From NCBI GenBank assembly GCA_022801925.1, contig JAAWTG010000008.1, forward strand, positions 2,619 to 66,618: a stretch of DNA of 64,000 nt. The letters are read 5' to 3'. The DNA is from Clostridia bacterium (GTDB lineage: Bacteria > Bacillota > Clostridia > RUG12999). The stretch's first letter is position 1; each line of letters begins with the position of its first letter. The notes beneath the pieces were generated by a model. The model was not told the DNA's origin. It saw nothing but the letters and a program-made list of their open reading frames with translations, and did no database searches. Made by a program: the position numbers and the translations under genes. Positions 28,798 to 37,825 of this stretch are shown here, piece after piece.

Positions 28798-30201
28798 ATG
28801 CAGCTAGTAAAACGGCTGCTCTCCCCACAATATATGGTGAAGTCGGAACAGGTGCGAGGCGAAATTCCGGCAGGGAAAGACATCTACCGGCGGACGCTGC
28901 AAACGGCATGGCCGGCGGCAGTGGAATCAATACTGGTGACGTTGGTCGGCGCGGTGGACACCATTATGGTTGGCGGAATAGGCGCCGGGGCTATCGCGGC
29001 AGTTGGCATTACCAATCAGCCGAAATTGATTTTAATGGCGCTTATCATGTCGCTGAATGTAGGCGTCACGGCGGTCGTCGCGCGGCGGCGCGGGGAAAAT
29101 AACCGGCAGGGTGCGATTGACTGCCTGAAACAATCTTTGATGATCAGTGTGGGAATCAGCCTACTGCTTTCTATTTTAGGTTTTTTCTTTGCTGCGCCGC
29201 TGTTGCATGTTGCAGGGGCGGGAGAGGATATTTTAAAAGACGCTGTGACTTATTTCCGCGTGCTGATGTGCGGCATCATGCTCACCTCTGTCAGTTTGAC
29301 CATCAATGCGGCGCAGCGTGGCTGCGGCAACACGAAAATATCCATGCGGACAAATTTGACGGCAAACATTATCAATATTCTTTTTGACTATTTGCTCATT
29401 GGCGGACATTTGGGATTTCCGCAGATGGGTGTTGCGGGCGCAGCGCTGGCGACGGTGCTGGGTAATCTGGTGGCGTGTGTGATGTCTGTTTGGTCGGTGA
29501 CAAAACAAAACACTTTTTTGACCGTGAAAGGATGGCGCGGCTGGTCGTTTGACCGAAAAACAGTGAAATCGGTTATGAACATTAGCAGCGGAGCCATGGT
29601 AGAGCAGGTATTTATGCGCGTTGGGTTTTTCGTGTATGCGGCGATTGTGGCACGGCTGGGAACCATTGCGTTTTCCACGCACCAAATTTGTATGAACATC
29701 ATTCATTTGTCGTTCAGCTTTGGAGACGGACTTGGCATTGCAGCGGCGTCTTTGGTGGGACAGAGTTTGGGCGCGCGCCGCAGCGATATGGCGATTATCT
29801 ATGGAAAAACGGCGCAGCGCGTTGCGTTTGCCGCCTCAACGCTGCTCTTTTTCCTATTTATTTTCGGACGGCGTTTTTTGGTGATGTTATTCACGGACGA
29901 AGCGGCAATTATTGCGCAGGGGGCAGTGATTCTGGTCATTATTGCCTTTACCACCCATGCGCAAACGTCGCAGGTGGTCATGACAGGGAGCCTGCGTGGC
30001 GCAGGCGATACCAAATTTGTGGCATTGACGGCATTTTTATCCATTGCGGTTATCCGTCCTACATTGACGTGGCTGCTTTGCATGGTGGGTTCCTTTGGAC
30101 TATCCGGTGCATGGATTGCCCTGCTGATTGACCAGTATATGCGCATGAGTTTTAACTTGGCACGGTTTTCGCATGGAAAATGGACAACAAAAGAACTGTA
30201 A
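28798..30201 (+). CDS. MATE-family efflux transporter
   Basis: 467 aa, 12 TM segments, internal duplication typical of MATE. Confidence 0.85.
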   Translation: MQLVKRLLSPQYMVKSEQVRGEIPAGKDIYRRTLQTAWPAAVESILVTLVGAVDTIMVGGIGAGAIAAVGITNQPKLILMALIMSLNVGVTAVVARRRGENNRQGAIDCLKQSLMISVGISLLLSILGFFFAAPLLHVAGAGEDILKDAVTYFRVLMCGIMLTSVSLTINAAQRGCGNTKISMRTNLTANIINILFDYLLIGGHLGFPQMGVAGAALATVLGNLVACVMSVWSVTKQNTFLTVKGWRGWSFDRKTVKSVMNISSGAMVEQVFMRVGFFVYAAIVARLGTIAFSTHQICMNIIHLSFSFGDGLGIAAASLVGQSLGARRSDMAIIYGKTAQRVAFAASTLLFFLFIFGRRFLVMLFTDEAAIIAQGAVILVIIAFTTHAQTSQVVMTGSLRGAGDTKFVALTAFLSIAVIRPTLTWLLCMVGSFGLSGAWIALLIDQYMRMSFNLARFSHGKWTTKEL

Positions 30202-30215
30202 ACGGAGGAAGAACT

Positions 30216-30794
30216 ATGGAAAAAGTGGTGTTGGCGTCAAACAATGCAGGAAAACTGCGGGAGTTCCGAGAAATTTTAGAAGGGCTGTTTGAAATTGTTT
30301 CCCTGCGGGAATTGGGACTGGAAGCAGACCCGGAGGAAACGGGCAGCAGTTTTGCAGAAAATGCGCGGATAAAGGCGGAATATTCCTGCCGTCTCAGCGG
30401 TTTACCCGCGCTTGCAGATGATTCGGGATTGGAAGTGGACGCATTAGGCGGCGCGCCCGGTATCTACAGCGCGCGTTATGCCCCGGGAACGGATGCGGAC
30501 CGAGTGGTAAAATTATTGCAAGACATGGAAAATGTGGAGAAAAGAACAGCGCGATTTGTTTCGGTGGTTGCACTGGTATATCCGGACGGACGGCAGGTGA
30601 CGGCGCGCGGAACCTGCGAAGGCGTTATCACGCGGCAGCCGCAGGGCGCGGGCGGATTCGGCTATGACCCGATATTTTTGCCTGATGGCTATGACCAAAC
30701 CTTCGGACTGCTCAGCGCAGAGACAAAAAACAGCATTTCCCACCGCGGCAGGGCAGTGCGCGCACTGCGCGACAAATTAAATTTATCCAGATAA
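30216..30794 (+). CDS. rdgB: Non-canonical purine NTP pyrophosphatase (RdgB/HAM1)
   Basis: VLASNNAGKLREF...SVVALV...FGYDPIF. ATG 30216 follows GGAGGAAG. Confidence 0.9.
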   Translation: MEKVVLASNNAGKLREFREILEGLFEIVSLRELGLEADPEETGSSFAENARIKAEYSCRLSGLPALADDSGLEVDALGGAPGIYSARYAPGTDADRVVKLLQDMENVEKRTARFVSVVALVYPDGRQVTARGTCEGVITRQPQGAGGFGYDPIFLPDGYDQTFGLLSAETKNSISHRGRAVRALRDKLNLSR

Positions 30795-30822
30795 ATCGTT
30801 TCGGACGAGGCAATGAACTGTT

Positions 30823-31038
30823 ACGAGGGGGACTTCAAAGACTGTAAAGCAGTCTCATGTCCCCCTCGCACCCTCCGGGCACACGATAAGCTCCCCAAGT
30901 TCGGGACGCAAGGAAAGCATAAATCCCGCATTTTATGCAGGATTTCCGTCCCGCAAGGTGCAAAAAGTCAGGCGCACGCGTGCCCCAGAGGGGATGTCCT
31001 GACTTTTTGCATATTTTATAGAAGGGGTAACCCCCTTC
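30823..31038. repeat. GC-rich structured intergenic element, copy 3
   Basis: ACGAGGGGGAC...GTCCCCCTCG with an inner hairpin AGACTG/CAGTCT. 13-bp-stem hairpin GCAAAAAGTCAGG/CCTGACTTTTTGC whose loop holds the palindrome GCACGCGTGC. Confidence 0.5.
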
Positions 31039-31082
31039 CTAACCCCAGTTTTAGCGTATTGACTAGTTTTGTCTACAGTCTG

Positions 31083-31113
31083 AGCGTATCTCATCAGAGA
31101 TACGCTGTTTTTA
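31083..31113 (+). terminator. Rho-independent terminator
   Basis: Perfect 10-bp stem, 4-nt loop, then GTTTTTA. Confidence 0.8.
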
Positions 31114-31131
31114 TCATAACAATGGAATAAA

Positions 31132-32865
31132 TTATTTTCGTTCCTCCAGAGCCATGACAGCTTCCAATAATTCTTTGCGCACGCGGCGGTAAACCGCAAC
31201 GTCTTTTTCAAAATCATTGAATTGACGGAACACTTTGGCAATCAGCGCCGCTGCTTCGTCGGGACGCTGCGCGCGCAGCGTTTCCAACATACACAAATCT
31301 TCCAAACCAATGCGGTGCGCTTCGCTGCGTGTGCAAATCAGCGGCATATCGTGCCCGGGGAAGAAAATTGCGCCGTCGCCTGCCGGCAGATACATTGCGT
31401 ATTTGGGGTGGAATTCCAGCACTTTTTCCCAGAAAGAACCCGCCTGACGGCGGAACACACCTTCGCTGTGATAGTAGTTGCCGCCCCAGTGCAGGAAGCC
31501 TTCAATATCCGTATATTTTGCGGGCGCCCAGCCCAGCCACACTTGGCGCAGGCGTTCCATGTCCTGCAAACGGTTGCAGTAGTTTGCGCCGGGCGTCAGG
31601 CAGGAATAGACCCAAATTTTGTCACCCGCCGCCACGCGGCTGTTATAAAAATCAAGCTGCTGTTCGTATTGGTCTAACGAGGGACACCAAATATCCATAG
31701 TCCCTTCCAGCGGGTGACCCGCCAGCGTAGGCTCCAATAGCGGAATGTTCGGCATAGCGGCGCGAACAATAGAGGTAATACGACGGTATGCGCCCTCCAG
31801 CGCTTCGTTCGGTTCGTCCAGACAGCACTGCGTCCAGCTATCCGTAAGGTCATGGACGGCAAGCCATGTGTAGAGCTGCTCCGCCATGCTTTTCAAGGTG
31901 TTTTCACCCGCGCTGCCCGGAATGATTTCTCCTGTCATGCCAACATGGGCTTCCTTGCCATAATCAAATGCGTCAAACGCTTTTTGTTTATAAATTTCTG
32001 CAATTTCGTCCGGCGATTCCAGTGCGCTGTGGTCAATGGAGGCATAGAAAGCGTCGTCGTCCGCCTGAGAGCAATGGCGCACTGCAAAAGCGCCGCCGTG
32101 GAACAACGTAATACCTGCCCGTTTTGCGACAGCAACCATGGTTTCTAAATGCGCTTCATTTAAAATAGGTTTGCCTGTTTCGTCCAAATCAAAAATTTCC
32201 TCCATGGTAATACAAAAGATGTTTTGTCTGGAATAGACTGCTGCCCGCAGATATTTTTCCAAAATGGAAAGATAGAGCGGAGACCATTTTTCTGCGCGGT
32301 GCGACTGCGCCAACTGCGAAAAAGAAAACCAGTTGACATATTGGAAGGTGTCTTTTCCTGCCGCGGGCACCTGATACGGATATTCGTCTACAAACAGCGT
32401 CAGTTTTTTGGTAGCGTCTCCCTGTGTGACCAGCAGCGTCCATGTCTGCGTGCGCGGCTGACGGCAATATTCAATCGGCGTTTTGAACGCAATACCAGCA
32501 GTGGGAAACTGCGGCTGAAAAATGTTATAGAATGGGTCCAAAACATCATAAATCATAAATGGTGCGCGGCGGATAACATGCTCGTTGACGTCATTCTTCA
32601 AATATTCCGTGCGCTGCTTTGCACCAGTATTGATCTCCACCGGCAAGGCGCGTAGTTCAAACAGTTTATAGCTGCCATGTGGTCCCTGCACCTCCACGGA
32701 AACCGGAATACCGGGCGTGAGTCCGCGCAGGACGATATGTACACCGGCATAGGTTCCGTTTGCCCCTGCTACGCGGTAGGAGGAGAAGCCCTCCGCTGGA
32801 TTGGTGTCGGGATAGATAGGGGTAAGTTCGTCAAAAAGTGCTGCTTCAAAAGTCTGCATAGTCAA
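31132..32865 (-). CDS. Putative glycoside hydrolase-like protein (DUF4091-like). Assignment is tentative.
   Basis: 577-aa cytoplasmic protein. RBS GGAGGG before the ATG at 32865. The family assignment is a weak recollection only. Confidence 0.3.
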   Translation of the reverse strand: MTMQTFEAALFDELTPIYPDTNPAEGFSSYRVAGANGTYAGVHIVLRGLTPGIPVSVEVQGPHGSYKLFELRALPVEINTGAKQRTEYLKNDVNEHVIRRAPFMIYDVLDPFYNIFQPQFPTAGIAFKTPIEYCRQPRTQTWTLLVTQGDATKKLTLFVDEYPYQVPAAGKDTFQYVNWFSFSQLAQSHRAEKWSPLYLSILEKYLRAAVYSRQNIFCITMEEIFDLDETGKPILNEAHLETMVAVAKRAGITLFHGGAFAVRHCSQADDDAFYASIDHSALESPDEIAEIYKQKAFDAFDYGKEAHVGMTGEIIPGSAGENTLKSMAEQLYTWLAVHDLTDSWTQCCLDEPNEALEGAYRRITSIVRAAMPNIPLLEPTLAGHPLEGTMDIWCPSLDQYEQQLDFYNSRVAAGDKIWVYSCLTPGANYCNRLQDMERLRQVWLGWAPAKYTDIEGFLHWGGNYYHSEGVFRRQAGSFWEKVLEFHPKYAMYLPAGDGAIFFPGHDMPLICTRSEAHRIGLEDLCMLETLRAQRPDEAAALIAKVFRQFNDFEKDVAVYRRVRKELLEAVMALEERK

Positions 32866-33030
32866 TGCCCTCCTGCAAAATTTTTTTCTGTGCCCATTAT
32901 AGCGGATAGAGCGTAAAAATGCAATAAACAGATTTTAAACTGAACTAACAGATTTTAAACGGAATCGGGTAATATAGGCATAAAAAACACCAAAACAGAC
33001 GGGAAAGCTGCTTTGGTGTTTACTTTTCTA

Positions 33031-35307
33031 TTACGTTTGCGATTTTCGATAGTTGCCCGGCGTTGTTCCGACTGTTTTTTTAAACAGGCGGATAAACGAG
33101 GTTGTATTGAGAAATCCTGTTTCCAGCGAAATATCGTCAATTTTTTTAGACGTACAGCGCAATAGTTCCTTTGCTTTTTCAATTCGCTTGTTGTTGATGT
33201 AGTTAACAAAACCCTCTGGCTGAATGGTTTTAAAAATTTTAGAGATATAAGGTGAACTGATGTGAAACTCCTGTGCTACCATGTTGGCACTGAGATCCGC
33301 ATCGGTATAATGCTCGTCAATATATGTCTTGATTTTCTTTGCCAGTGCCGCGGCACCGCTGTCGTTTGCCGCTTCAGTTTCCCGTTTGATTTTTGCACAA
33401 ATGCTTTCAATCAAATCATGAATACCGCTTTGAATAGCGCGGATATCAGCAGAACCGGTCAGTGTCAGTAAGTATATATCGTTGACCTTTTGATTATCGC
33501 TGCTAACGTAGTTTTGGAAATTTTTCGTAATCGTATTGATAAGGTCATGGATATAGTATTTAAACACAACAGGATTAAAGTTGATAGAGTGCGTGGATTG
33601 ATGAATGAGGTCGTCAACAAAGGCACATGCCTTTTCCTGTTCTCCGTATTTAATATAGTTGCATAATTGGCTGATTTTATCAATTCTGAAAAACAGCGGG
33701 TCTGTATGTTCAGCGGCAATATCCTCGTAAAATACAATATCGGATTCTCCTGTGAATTGGATATAGTCAATACAGGTAAACGCTTCGGCATATGCCTTAG
33801 ACAGCTCGAAAATATCGCCGTGCCATTCGCTGACGCCAGCAGAAAAATCTACGCTGAAATGCTGTTTCATCAAAGCGATAATTTCGCCCAGCACGCCGTC
33901 CAGCAGTGCGAAATCCTGCTGGGAACGCACGGCAATGAGCGCAATACAATTTCCGTAGCTTTCAAAGAAATAACTCTCCATGCCTTTGTCGTCCAACAGT
34001 TCCCGACCGATGTTGTCAATGATGTCCACCAGCAAATTGTAGCGCTCGAAATCAGAAATGTTTTCATCCTGAAATAAATCGGCGTAATGTTGCATGGGGA
34101 ACAGAATCACCACATTCGGCGGAGAGGACAGTTCGGGAGCAAGATATTTCTTGACCGTATCGCCTTGGATGTCGGAAATTGTGCCATTGAGTAATTTCGC
34201 CCAGAACGTATCTTTTAGCTGCCGGTTATGTTTTTCCTGAATGGTTTTTGTTTGCCGCAGCTGCTGCGCTGCATCTAAGATAAGTCCTTCAATTTGCGAC
34301 ATTTCGTTCTGGTCGCGATATTGTGTGGGAACCTTCATTAAAACTTTCCGAATCGGTGAATATTGGCGGTTGACCAGAAACCGTATAGCAACCATACCCA
34401 ATATCACAGCGATAAGCATAAGCAGCGACACGACATAAAAACTGTTAGAGGATGCATAATAGTAGGTTTTTGGCGTGTAGAACACAAAATGCCAGCCGGT
34501 ATCGGAGGAAGAGATATAGTTTGCTATAGTTGCCTGCTCGTTCAGGTTAAATTCAAACATTCCCTGTGGCTGTGTGAACTGTTCCGTCACACCCTGCGAT
34601 AAAGTGTCGGAAGAAAGTGTTGTGGCAAGCAGCATGTCAGAACGGTCAAATATTTCGTAGTTGATTTTGCTGTCTGCAATCATTTTGCCGAGTTGATAGC
34701 TAAAATAGGCGTCGCGAATCATGATAATCATGAATACATTATCAGAGGACAGCCGGTATTTAAACGTGACATATTTCGGCGAAACGTCCGTCAAAGAACT
34801 AGTACCCTTGACAATTTTAAATTCTTCATAGGGCGAGGATACCCATTCCTGCCAAGTGGGATAGTCAATATCCAGTCCAGTGTAGACGGAATTGAAAAAT
34901 TTTGCGTCCTCCTGCAGCCCTTCTGCACTGCCAACCGTACCGGAGTTACCATAATAAAAATAGAACTTATACGCATTATATAAGGTAAAATAATAGGGCT
35001 TGAGCGCTTCCTGAAACGAATGAATCATCTCGGGGGAAGCCTGCTGCGTTGCTTGAAGTGTACGGATAGCCAAAACATCTTGGTTAGTGGCAAGTTCAGA
35101 CGCAATGGTCTTATAACGACCGAGTTCCAAATCAATTTGCTGCTGCACATTTTGATAGAATACATTGTTTTTTTGATTCAGTTCCTGACGGATATTTTTC
35201 ATTAAATATTGATATGTAATATAATTGAACACAACCGGAATGATGAGTACAAAGAAAAAGGAACGCGACCATTTGGAAACCAGAGATGATTTTTGAAAAA
35301 AGTTCAA
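33031..35307 (-). CDS. Membrane-anchored sensor regulator with a C-terminal AraC-family HTH domain
   Basis: N-terminal TM segment, a large extracytoplasmic domain, a second TM, then AraC HTH x2 (...ISSPYISKIFK...TGFLNTTSFIRLFKKTVGTTPGNYRK). TTG start preceded by AGGAGG. Confidence 0.7.
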   Translation of the reverse strand: MNFFQKSSLVSKWSRSFFFVLIIPVVFNYITYQYLMKNIRQELNQKNNVFYQNVQQQIDLELGRYKTIASELATNQDVLAIRTLQATQQASPEMIHSFQEALKPYYFTLYNAYKFYFYYGNSGTVGSAEGLQEDAKFFNSVYTGLDIDYPTWQEWVSSPYEEFKIVKGTSSLTDVSPKYVTFKYRLSSDNVFMIIMIRDAYFSYQLGKMIADSKINYEIFDRSDMLLATTLSSDTLSQGVTEQFTQPQGMFEFNLNEQATIANYISSSDTGWHFVFYTPKTYYYASSNSFYVVSLLMLIAVILGMVAIRFLVNRQYSPIRKVLMKVPTQYRDQNEMSQIEGLILDAAQQLRQTKTIQEKHNRQLKDTFWAKLLNGTISDIQGDTVKKYLAPELSSPPNVVILFPMQHYADLFQDENISDFERYNLLVDIIDNIGRELLDDKGMESYFFESYGNCIALIAVRSQQDFALLDGVLGEIIALMKQHFSVDFSAGVSEWHGDIFELSKAYAEAFTCIDYIQFTGESDIVFYEDIAAEHTDPLFFRIDKISQLCNYIKYGEQEKACAFVDDLIHQSTHSINFNPVVFKYYIHDLINTITKNFQNYVSSDNQKVNDIYLLTLTGSADIRAIQSGIHDLIESICAKIKRETEAANDSGAAALAKKIKTYIDEHYTDADLSANMVAQEFHISSPYISKIFKTIQPEGFVNYINNKRIEKAKELLRCTSKKIDDISLETGFLNTTSFIRLFKKTVGTTPGNYRKSQT

Positions 35308-35403
35308 CTAGGATTCCTCCTTTGGTGACAAATTAATCATCATAGCCGCTTATGGGCTATGATGTGCTTTACTAAGCGAACGGAATCAGACTACTTTCTA
35401 GTC

Positions 35404-35557
35404 ATGGAATATCCGGACACGTGCCGGATATTCCATACCTCTCAGCCGTGAGCGTTTCGATAGGAACGCTGCGAGAGCGGACGCGGCTGCATGGGGGTGT
35501 CCACGAGGGGGACGGCTTGACAGAATATTTTACATTCTGGAAGGAGTCCCCCTCGTG
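35404..35557. repeat. GC-rich structured intergenic element, copy 2
   Basis: ATGGAATATCCGG-ACACGTG-CCGGATATTCCAT (35404-35436). CACGAGGGGGAC (35502-35513) pairs with GTCCCCCTCGTG (35546-35557), with the inner hairpin CAGAAT/ATTCTG. Confidence 0.5.
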
Positions 35558-35877
35558 ATGTAAATAGTATATCATAAAAAAAACTTTTTTTCAATTCCAC
35601 AGAATAAATTGCCTGATTGTACATTGCGGAAAAATAGGTAAAAAGTGCCGATTTATCGAGGTTTTGCGGAATCGGAGAATAAAATTAGTAAATCATTTGA
35701 TTAAAAAAAGTAAATTTTAAAAGGACTAAAATAATGAATGAAACGAGGGCGTATTCAAAATTTGTCAGCCGCAAATAAAATTCGTAAATTGAAATTCAAC
35801 ATGGCACCTTGTATAATAAAAACAGAACACGGACAGAGGGAAAATGTCCGGAAAAATCAGGAATGGAGGAGATTGGC

Positions 35878-36867
35878 ATGAAATCACAGACACTTGCCGC
35901 AGAAGGACGGGGACTGCTACGTAGCAGAAGAAATACCGTCGCTGGCGCACAGGTGGTGAAAAAATCAAAATGGCGTGCGATTTTAAGAAATTATGAACTC
36001 TACATATTTTTACTTCCCGCGCTTGCGTACATCGCTGTCTTTATGTATGCGCCAATGTATGGTGTATTGATGGCGTTTAAAGACTACAATATGGCAAAAG
36101 GAGTTATGGCAAGTCCATGGGTGGGACTGGAAAATTTCCGGCGTTTTTTTGCAGGATATAATTTTTGGACAACGCTCTGGAACACCTTAGCTCTAAGCCT
36201 GTACTATTTGGCGGCAACACTTCCGCTGCCCATTGTATTGGCGCTTATCTTCAATAATATTAGAACGGGCATGTTTAAAAAATCCGTTCAGATGATTACC
36301 TACGCGCCCAACTTTATTTCCGTTGTGGTTCTGGTGGGTATCATGAAAATCTTGATGACGCCGGAAACGGGCGTGTTTAACGTGTTGCTGACGAAGTTTT
36401 GCGGAGCGGGCGTGATTGACGTTTTCGGGAAACCGGAATATTTCCGTCATCTCTATGTTTGGTCGGGCGTCTGGCAGACGCTGGGTTGGAATAGCATCAT
36501 CTATGTGGCGGCGCTAGCGGGTATCAGTCCAGATTTATATGAAGCGGCGACTATTGACGGTGCGAGTCGACTGCAAAAAATCTGGTATTTGGAAATTCCA
36601 AGCATTTTGCCCACAGCAGTGATTATTTTAATTTTGAATACCGGCAGCGTGATGAATCTGGGATTTGAAAAAGTATATCTTATGCAGACACCCCTTAATT
36701 TGGCTGTTTCGGAAACCATTCCAACGTATGTTTATAAAATGGGTGTGATTGCAGGAGACTACAGTCTGGCAACAGCAATCGGACTGTTTAACTCGGTAGT
36801 CAGCGGCGTTTTGCTGGTGATTGTGAACTTCATATCCAAAAAGTTCAGCGAAACTTCATTATATTAA
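35878..36867 (+). CDS. Sugar ABC transporter permease (LplB-like)
   Basis: 6 TM segments and the EAA loop region. ATG at 35878 follows GGAGGAG. A TTGAAA-N17-TATAAT promoter lies at 35787-35815. Confidence 0.85.
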   Translation: MKSQTLAAEGRGLLRSRRNTVAGAQVVKKSKWRAILRNYELYIFLLPALAYIAVFMYAPMYGVLMAFKDYNMAKGVMASPWVGLENFRRFFAGYNFWTTLWNTLALSLYYLAATLPLPIVLALIFNNIRTGMFKKSVQMITYAPNFISVVVLVGIMKILMTPETGVFNVLLTKFCGAGVIDVFGKPEYFRHLYVWSGVWQTLGWNSIIYVAALAGISPDLYEAATIDGASRLQKIWYLEIPSILPTAVIILILNTGSVMNLGFEKVYLMQTPLNLAVSETIPTYVYKMGVIAGDYSLATAIGLFNSVVSGVLLVIVNFISKKFSETSLY

Positions 36868-36885
36868 GGAAGGGGGAAGGAAACC

Positions 36886-37791
36886 ATGCTTGCTATTCAT
36901 AAAAATAAAGTAAGAGAACCGCTGGAGGACAGGGTTTTTGCAGGTGTCTCTTATGTAGTGCTGGCGGCGCTGGCGGTCATCTGTTTATATCCGCTCTATT
37001 TTGTGGTGATTGCGTCCATCAGCGACCCTGATGCAGTATATGCCGGAAAAGTCATTTTGTGGATTCAGGGATTCACCATGATGGGATATGAAAAAATATT
37101 CCAGAACGACATGATATTCCGTGGATTTTTCAACTCCGTGTTTTATACTTGCGTTGGTACCATCATCAATCTGGCAGTCACACTGCCGGCGGCATATGCG
37201 CTTTCGCGTAAAGATTTGGTGGGGCGGCGCGGCATTATGATTTTGTTTATTATCACCATGTATTTCAGCGGCGGAATGATTCCGACCTATTTGCTGATTC
37301 AAAATATTGGATTGTATAATAAACCGATTGTCCTCTTGCTATGTAATGCACTCGTGGTATATAATATGATTATCGCGCGGTCGTTTTTTGAGCAGACCAT
37401 TCCGGATGAACTGCTGGAAGCGGCGCGCATTGACGGCTGCGGCAACACACATTTTTTTGTGAGAATCGTATTGCCGCTGTCCAAGACAATGATTGCGGTT
37501 GTAGCGCTCTACTATGCAGTCATGCATTGGAACTCCTTTATGCAGGCACTGCTTTACATAGACGACCCGGACTGGAAACCGCTGCAATTGGTGCTGCGCG
37601 ATTTGCTGATTTCCACGCAGGCAATGGCACAGTTCATGCAGGGTGATGAATCCATTGTGATGCAGCAGAAACTGGTGAATGTCATGCAATATGGCATTAT
37701 TGTAGTAGCAATACTGCCAATGATGGTCATTTACCCATTTGTACAGAAACATTTTGTAAAAGGCGTTATGATTGGCGCAGTAAAAGGATAA
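36886..37791 (+). CDS. Sugar ABC transporter permease (LplC-like)
   Basis: 6 TM segments; EAARIDGCGNTHFFVRIVLP EAA motif. Confidence 0.85.
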   Translation: MLAIHKNKVREPLEDRVFAGVSYVVLAALAVICLYPLYFVVIASISDPDAVYAGKVILWIQGFTMMGYEKIFQNDMIFRGFFNSVFYTCVGTIINLAVTLPAAYALSRKDLVGRRGIMILFIITMYFSGGMIPTYLLIQNIGLYNKPIVLLLCNALVVYNMIIARSFFEQTIPDELLEAARIDGCGNTHFFVRIVLPLSKTMIAVVALYYAVMHWNSFMQALLYIDDPDWKPLQLVLRDLLISTQAMAQFMQGDESIVMQQKLVNVMQYGIIVVAILPMMVIYPFVQKHFVKGVMIGAVKG

Positions 37792-37825
37792 AAAAAGGAA
37801 AAAAAGAAAGGGGAAGAAAATCGTG

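Larger units (their letters stand above)
30800..31113 (+). ncRNA. Candidate structured non-coding RNA (about 300 nt) ending at a strong intrinsic terminator, family not identified
   Basis: Dense nested hairpins (30823-30868, 30960-31010, 31021-31038) in a 340-nt protein-free gap. Ends at the terminator AGCGTATCTC-atca-GAGATACGCT-GTTTTTA at 31083-31113. Confidence 0.3.

Noticed and set aside
30800-31113. Known housekeeping RNAs (tmRNA, RNase P, SRP/scRNA, 6S) as the identity of the structured region after rdgB
   Set aside because: No P4 AGGAAAGUCCGG, no tag-peptide reading frame ending in AA-stop, no SRP domain-IV GGAA/AGCAGC motif. Left as an unassigned candidate ncRNA.
30813-31130. 105-aa plus-strand ORF between rdgB and the downstream hydrolase gene
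   Set aside because: No RBS. The frame runs across multiple perfect hairpins and the intrinsic terminator. The composition is GC-hairpin driven (Pro/Arg/Cys-rich). Treated as non-coding structured RNA/repeat region instead.
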